Assembly (NCBI RefSeq): GCF_009914755.1
Contig: NC_060939.1
Origin: the human T2T-CHM13v2.0 reference genome, Homo sapiens
Reading direction: 5' to 3' (one strand)
DNA: 64,000 nucleotides
Numbering within the stretch: position 1 is the first letter of the stretch; the number at the start of each line of letters is the position of its first letter. The translations under genes and the position numbers were made by a program. Below, in pieces: positions 1-64,000 of the stretch. Under the pieces are notes generated by a model that saw only the letters and a program-made list of their open reading frames with translations, had not been told where the DNA came from and ran no database searches.

Positions 1-1014
1 CCGACTCTCTCTGGCCCCCTCTCTTTAAGCACAGGACAGCCCCTCCTTACTGCTCCAAGATAAGCCTCTGATCCTCCTGTGGATTGGACCCACCTGCCAG
101 GGCCCATGGCACCCTCTGCCCTGGAACTCGCCAGCCCTGCCCTCCTTGCCAATTTAAACAAAGCCCATCTTCTGGCAAGCAATGAGCCTTGAGGAGGAGG
201 GAAGGAAGCAGATACCTCAGAGGGCACCACAGGCAGCCCAGCACCCAGCACTGCACAAAGGTCCACCCAACGGGGGGCTGTATGGACACCAAGATCCTCC
301 TTCCCCGCAAGCCTTCTGCGACACCCACTCTCGAAAGCAGCAGGAGAGCCCTGCTCCTCTCAGCATTGCCCTTGACACTCCTGTGTTTTCTGCCCCGAAT
401 GCTCCCTCATGCAATTTCAGGACTGCTGCCAGTGTGAAGCCTTTCTTCTCCCAAAACCACGTATGAACGTCTCCATTTCACCATTCACCACCTTGTAACA
501 TGACCTGCTTAGAATGCTGGCTCATCAACAAGAAGCAGCTGAAAGCAGAGGCGTGTCCTACCCATCACTGCATCCTGAACACCTCGCATGGTAACTGCAC
601 CAGGCAACTGTTCAACAGAAGCTGCTCACACGGATGGACAGACAGACAGATGGGAAATGCACAACTATATGAAAGAAAATGTAAACCCATCTTAGGAGAC
701 AGGAAGAAACTTATTATTTTAGGTGGTTACAAAGGCTGCCATCCTGAAATATAACTGACTTGAGCCTGGTCTGGTAAAAACACAGTCCTCAAGTAGAATG
801 CTGTTCCCTGAGAGGACAGCTGATCCACATTCTGTGCAATTTCTGGGCATGCAGGGAGACAAAAGCCATGCTGGGCCCATCAGGCAGAGGCTGCAATACG
901 TGAGACCACCACAGGGTAGACGGGTAGAGATTCCTGCACACTTTTTAGCTTCCTCTGCAGCAACAGACCATGAGGGCAAATGACAACCACTCACAGCTGT
1001 TTCTACCTGATTGA

Positions 1015-1659
<645 letters not shown>

Positions 1660-1734
1660 CTCTCCCACTCTTAATGGCACTTACAGTTCAAAAAAAATAA
1701 TCTGCTGATCAGCAAAAAGCAAAGATTTTCTTAC

Positions 1735-57790
<56,056 letters not shown>

Positions 57791-57978
57791 CTGCAGAATT
57801 AAAAATTTTTTAATCTGTCACCGCTTTTCAGAATGCCATACCATTAGTCTCTGCAAATGTCCCTCCCCGAAAAGTTACAACACACATCATTAACTGAATG
57901 TTGGACAACGTAAAAATAAAATACATCAATCATACCTGTAACAGACCCAGTATAATTTTCATAAAGAAACCAATATAT

Positions 57979-58299
<321 letters not shown>

Positions 58300-58856
58300 T
58301 TAAAGCATGTCTTCCAAAGTGATATTCCATCTACTTCCTAGTACATTTCTCAACTGAGAAACTTAAGTCTTTGATATTTACCTACTTCAATTTCACACCA
58401 ATTGCTTTTATCCAGTGAGTCCCAATGCTTGTGTATCCATGGGAAAAGGGAGGGTGTAGAACAGGAGTATGATTCAAAAATCTTTTAACTCTTTACAAGG
58501 CCCTACTCCACTGCCAACTGGGAAGCACTGCTATGCAGAGGCACTGTGACTGATAGCATAATTCAAGAGCACTGGGAAACAAAGGAAAAGCTGAGAAAAA
58601 TCACTTTAGGCCACTGACAATGTCAAGTTTCAGTCAAAAACAACTGTCATAAAACTCCTTACACAGTAAGCGAAGAGAAGAGAGAACTAACCTTAACCTT
58701 GAAGTGTAAACACGTTCCATCACAGAAGGCTGTGACTAAATGTCTAACAACATAATTAGAAAAATGTATCTCAATCGGTGAAAGACACGATATCCCATCC
58801 AGATTACAAATAATGACTATCTAAAAATCTCGAAGGAAACAGTTCCTCTGTTTACA

Positions 58857-58992
58857 ACATTTCTGACACCAAATGCATGGACTTTTGCACCAAGTAATTC
58901 TCCAGTTCTCTGCGACATCCAGCTGTGTGTCCCACAGTGCAATTCAATTCTGAAACTAACTACCTAGAATTAGCACAGACCCCACAGGTTAA
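58857..58992. mobile_element. MER21-like LTR fragment
   Basis: ttctgacaccaaatg...caattcaattctgaaactaactacctagaattagcacagaccccacaggttaa. Confidence 0.7.
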
Positions 58993-59209
58993 TAACAGGA
59001 GAGAAAAGGTGAATGCTGAAAAAAATATCCAAAGAACTAATGGCTGAAAACTTCCTAGGTTCAGCAAATGACATAAACCCAGGCAGACTGAAGAATCTGC
59101 ACAAAGCCCACACAAGATAAATCCAAAGGAAGCCATGACGAGGCACATCATAATCAACTGCTAAACACTAAGGACAAAACCTTTTGAAAAGTGCCACGGA
59201 AAGTAGATA

Positions 59210-59655
59210 CAGAAGAATTTCTCGTGTGGCCTGAAATTAAGACTAAATATTACGTGCTGCCTTGACATTGGTAAAATCAAGAAGGCCTCAAATAGCCTAA
59301 CCACAAGGTCTCCCCTGAGCTCTGCTCTCACGGATAAGATCCCAAAGCCAAACAACCTCCTTATCGCGGAAACCCGACCCCAGCCTGCTCATCCCTGCCG
59401 GCCCAGAGTTATTCAAACAAGCCAGTCACATCTTCCCATGGGAAGCAAGGTCACTTCACCCTGTTCTTACTACAAAATGTGCCTCCCACAGCCCCTCGTG
59501 GTTCACTCTGTTCCCAAGTGCAGCCCCCGTGTGGCATGCGGTGTCCCCCACCCCCAGGGCTGTGAGCATGCGTGACTAATAAACTGCTATTTCATCTGTC
59601 CAGTGTCAGTGTCCTACGTTCAGCCATCCCATATCCCTAGGGCAGGAATCTTCTA
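59210..59655 (+). mobile_element. Solo ERV1 LTR (MER67-like)
   Basis: ctgaaattaagac...gctgccttgacattggtaaaatc...ttattcaaacaagcca; TATA-like tactacaaaa; AATAAA at 59578-59583 followed by a U5-like tail. Confidence 0.65.
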
Positions 59656-60105
59656 GGGTTATAAACAGAACTTTAATCAACCTCTCCTTGGTTATTTTAC
59701 TGGTTCCATGATACAGCTTTTTCTGTGCAAAAGATCTGAACAGAAACTCACAGAGGATACAAGAGTGGCAAAAAAGAACATGATATTCAGCATTGTTAGC
59801 CATTACAGAATTGCAAATTAAAACCACAATGAGATCCCACTAGACTTGTTAGAATGGCTCAACTAAAAAACACTGATAACACCAAGTGCTAACAAAGACA
59901 CAGACCAAGAGAAATGTTACAGATTGCCAGTGGGAATGCAAACTAAAACAGCCTCCAGTTTACCAAGGTAGACACCTTGGGTCACAGAATACAGAATAGA
60001 ACCCAGCCAGGAACACAGCTCAGGTGAGAACACAGGTGCTGCTTCTAAAGGCCAGACTCTGTCCTACATGTGTGTGGGGGGGGGGAGTGGGGGGGAGGCG
60101 GTGGG

Positions 60106-60728
<623 letters not shown>

Positions 60729-60960
60729 ACCCTACATCTGGCTATAAATTTTACATATTTGACAAATTCTGAGACCCTGTCTCAGAAAATAAAATAAAAT
60801 ATTCATAGTCTTAATAATGGAAAACAAAAACATTTATTGAATGTCAAAATTATCTCCCTAACACCCCGAATCAGTTGGGATCTACATAAAAAACAATTAT
60901 GCTCTGCTTTCCAATCATGATTTTTAAAAGAACAAAGGACAAAAAAATTCATCAAATGTG

Positions 60961-61265
60961 GGCCGGGCATGGTGGCTCACACCTGTAAACCCCACACTTT
61001 GGGAGGCCGAGGTGGGCAGATCATGAGGTCAGGAGTTCAAGACCAGCCTGACCAAGATGGTGAAACTCCATCTTTATTAAAAATACAACAATTAGCTGGG
61101 CATGGTGGAGGGTGCCTGTAATCCTAGCTACTCAGGAGGCTGAGGCAGAGAACTGCTTGAACCGGGGAGGCAGTGGTTGCAGTGAGCCAAAATCATGCCG
61201 CTACACTCCAGCCTGAGCGACAGAACAAGACTCCCTCTCGAGAGGAAAAAACACACAAAAAATAT
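60961..61265 (+). mobile_element. Alu with TSD attcatcaaatgt
   Basis: Alu consensus; TSD. Confidence 0.9.
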
Positions 61266-61474
61266 TCATCAAATGTAATGAATAAAACATATACTTTGGA
61301 TTTTGCCATGTACTTAGCTTTTCTTAGAGCACCTTTTAGAACTATTGTTTCACAGAAAACACTTTGGGAAAAATTTTAATTTATAAACAAATACTGGAGG
61401 GCTAGGAAGAAGAGGTTAAAACTTTTTAAAATATACAGAATGAATTACTGATACATAAAAAAAAAAAAAAAAAA

Positions 61475-62330
61475 GGTTGCTGATTCCTGTCTTGGAAGAC
61501 ACTGTCATATGGACACTCTTAGCCTCAGCATCCAGAGGTCCAGAAAGGGAAAATTTCAAGTCAGAGAGAATTCTATATATACCACTTACTTGGAACATTC
61601 AGCCCTCAAAATCCCAACATCATGACCTCAGTTTCAACACAATTGTCCTTAGTCCTTATGTCACTGCTTTTGGTGCTGCCTGCTGTCAAGGCAGTGGAAG
61701 CCAGTGATGCAACTGCTCTCTCGTTAAAAGGTGTGGTTCTCAGTATTACAGGTGTTTGTACTTGCTTGCGGGCATACGCACGAAAGATAAAAATGAACAG
61801 ATGTGACTTTGAAGGGCCTAATGAATGAAACCTCACCCTGAAAACCTTTGTGCTACTGAAACTAAATGTAAGCTTTGGTGTCTGAAAGTTTCCAAGAATT
61901 ACTAAGTAGGAGAGTTTTACTTTCTGAGTTGATTCCATGAAATGGGAACAAATTGGTACATAAATGGATTTTGCCCAGAATCCTAGGAAATCGCCACTGT
62001 TCAGTCGTAATCACTGCCTCCTAAATCACTGAGTCTGTTCTCTGTATTTTTATTAGACTTTTGTCATCTCCCAAATTCAGATATCCAATAGTCAGCCAAA
62101 AAGGGAAACTTTTATCTCTGGAAAGAAAAAAAATCACTTAGAAAAATGTATTCAGTGTATCTAATACTGAAATGGAGAAAAGACTTAATGTTAAAGAAAA
62201 AAAAAACACTATAGACATTGACATGGAAAAGAGATTTAATGTTAAAAAAACTTTATATTAACTGAGTAACACCTCCTGATGAGAAGTGCTATATTAAATA
62301 TAAACCCATTATGTTGTTTAAAAAAAAAAA
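61475..62330 (+). pseudogene. Processed retrocopy of SMIM30 (LINC00998/MAVI1 microprotein) with open ORF 61622..61828
   Basis: ORF MTSVSTQLSLVLMSLLLVLPAVKAVEASDATALSLKGVVLSITGVCTCLRAYARK... matches the SMIM30 protein as I recall it. The parent C-terminus survives out of frame (AAT GAA CAG ATG TGA at 61792-61806). ATTAAA at 62293-62298 and A11 at 62320-62330; A-run on the 5' flank; the insert splits an old L1M 3' fragment. Confidence 0.88.
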
Positions 62331-62769
62331 CATGAAAATCAAAAGCACTAAACAGAGTGAAAGAAGCCAGACACAGAAGAACCCGACTACGTGATTCCAT
62401 GTATGGAGTTCTAGAACAGGCGCAATTTGTCAAATGCTGGAGAAACATCAGGCCAACTATTGCCTCTGGGAAGAAGGGGCAGGACACCAGAGAACTTTCT
62501 GAGCAAGAGTCATGATAAAGATGTGGGTTACATGGGTTACATTTGTCAAAACTTGTGAAATGGTAAACTCAAAATAGATACATTTCATTATATATAAATT
62601 TTACCTGAAAGTCAAAAACAAAGTTGAACTAGAATCAATTACATACATGAGTGTCTAAGGAGCTAGGTGAGACAAACGGTGGATGGACAGACAGCAGGAT
62701 GTGGAGCCAAATACGGTGGCAGAACATGGAGGTGGGTCTGCAGCCACTCACTGTACACGTCTGTCAGTT

Positions 62770-62771
<2 letters not shown>

Positions 62772-62801
<30 letters not shown>
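62772..62801. repeat. (TG)n microsatellite
   Basis: About 15 TG units. Confidence 0.93.
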
Positions 62802-62803
<2 letters not shown>

Positions 62804-62890
62804 TGAATATTTTCAAACAAATATAAAAAATAAATTAAAATAAAAACACAGGTAACTCTGCTTGACACTGAAACTGAAAAGGGAGACTAA

Positions 62891-63599
<709 letters not shown>

Positions 63600-64000
63600 C
63601 TAATGCTCTCCCAACTGAGCTATTTCAACTTAGAATAAATACTTTCTAAAGTGGTAGCTTTATCCACGTTGATGACTCTCAAGCAGGGGGACCAACGAAC
63701 TTCAACAATGGTTCTCAACCAAGGATCTTTTCAGATTCAACAAGTTTAGGGTGTATACAAGCAGCCATTTTTTTAAACCTCAATGGGGACTCTGAAACAC
63801 AGCCACTGTTATGAACAACATAATGATAGTCTTACTGAGCATGCAAAACTACAAAGCTAAATAAGATTGTTCAATGGCATTTCCTTGCAGGCCAAAGGCT
63901 TCCAATAAGTGTTTAATACACCCCCAAAGAACACCACAAATGCAGCAAGATGGTTTTGCAATAAAAATGCCTTCAATTCACGTAAAACAATAAAATCCGA

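Noticed and set aside
61477-61707. 76-aa ORF overlapping the SMIM30 retrocopy 5' UTR
   Set aside because: Starts at TTG and is out of frame with the recognisable SMIM30 ORF; no independent support.

Overview
Human (primate) genomic DNA, Alu- and L1-rich. The window holds the 5' part of HERC2 (giant HECT E3 ubiquitin ligase, 15q13.1) on the minus strand. I traced 23 consecutive coding exons (numbered 4-26 from my recollection of the reference transcript) between 57790 and 1735. All have GT-AG boundaries and compatible phases, and they join into one open frame of 3816 nt (about residues 63-1334) covering the N-terminus, RCC1-like domain RLD1 and the cytochrome b5-like domain. This points to the functional gene rather than a HERC2P duplicon pseudogene. 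Introns are filled with Alus, old L1M fragments (antisense to HERC2), DNA-transposon fossils (MER2, Tigger4/MER46, MER58, MER33) and LTRs. Standout observations: (1) a processed retrocopy of the microprotein gene SMIM30/LINC00998 in intron 3, antisense to HERC2, with an open 68-codon ORF and a same-strand LTR about 1.8 kb upstream; (2) an Alu tail replaced by an RFC1/CANVAS-like (AAGGG/ACAGG/ACGGG/ATGGG)16 pentamer array; (3) several minisatellites and tandem duplications; (4) splicing oddities: an exon 7 acceptor with no pyrimidine tract, (UG)20 next to an antisense Alu acceptor, and phase-symmetric exon blocks flanked by inverted Alus. Repeat subfamily names, SNP identities and parent-protein comparisons come from memory and need database confirmation.
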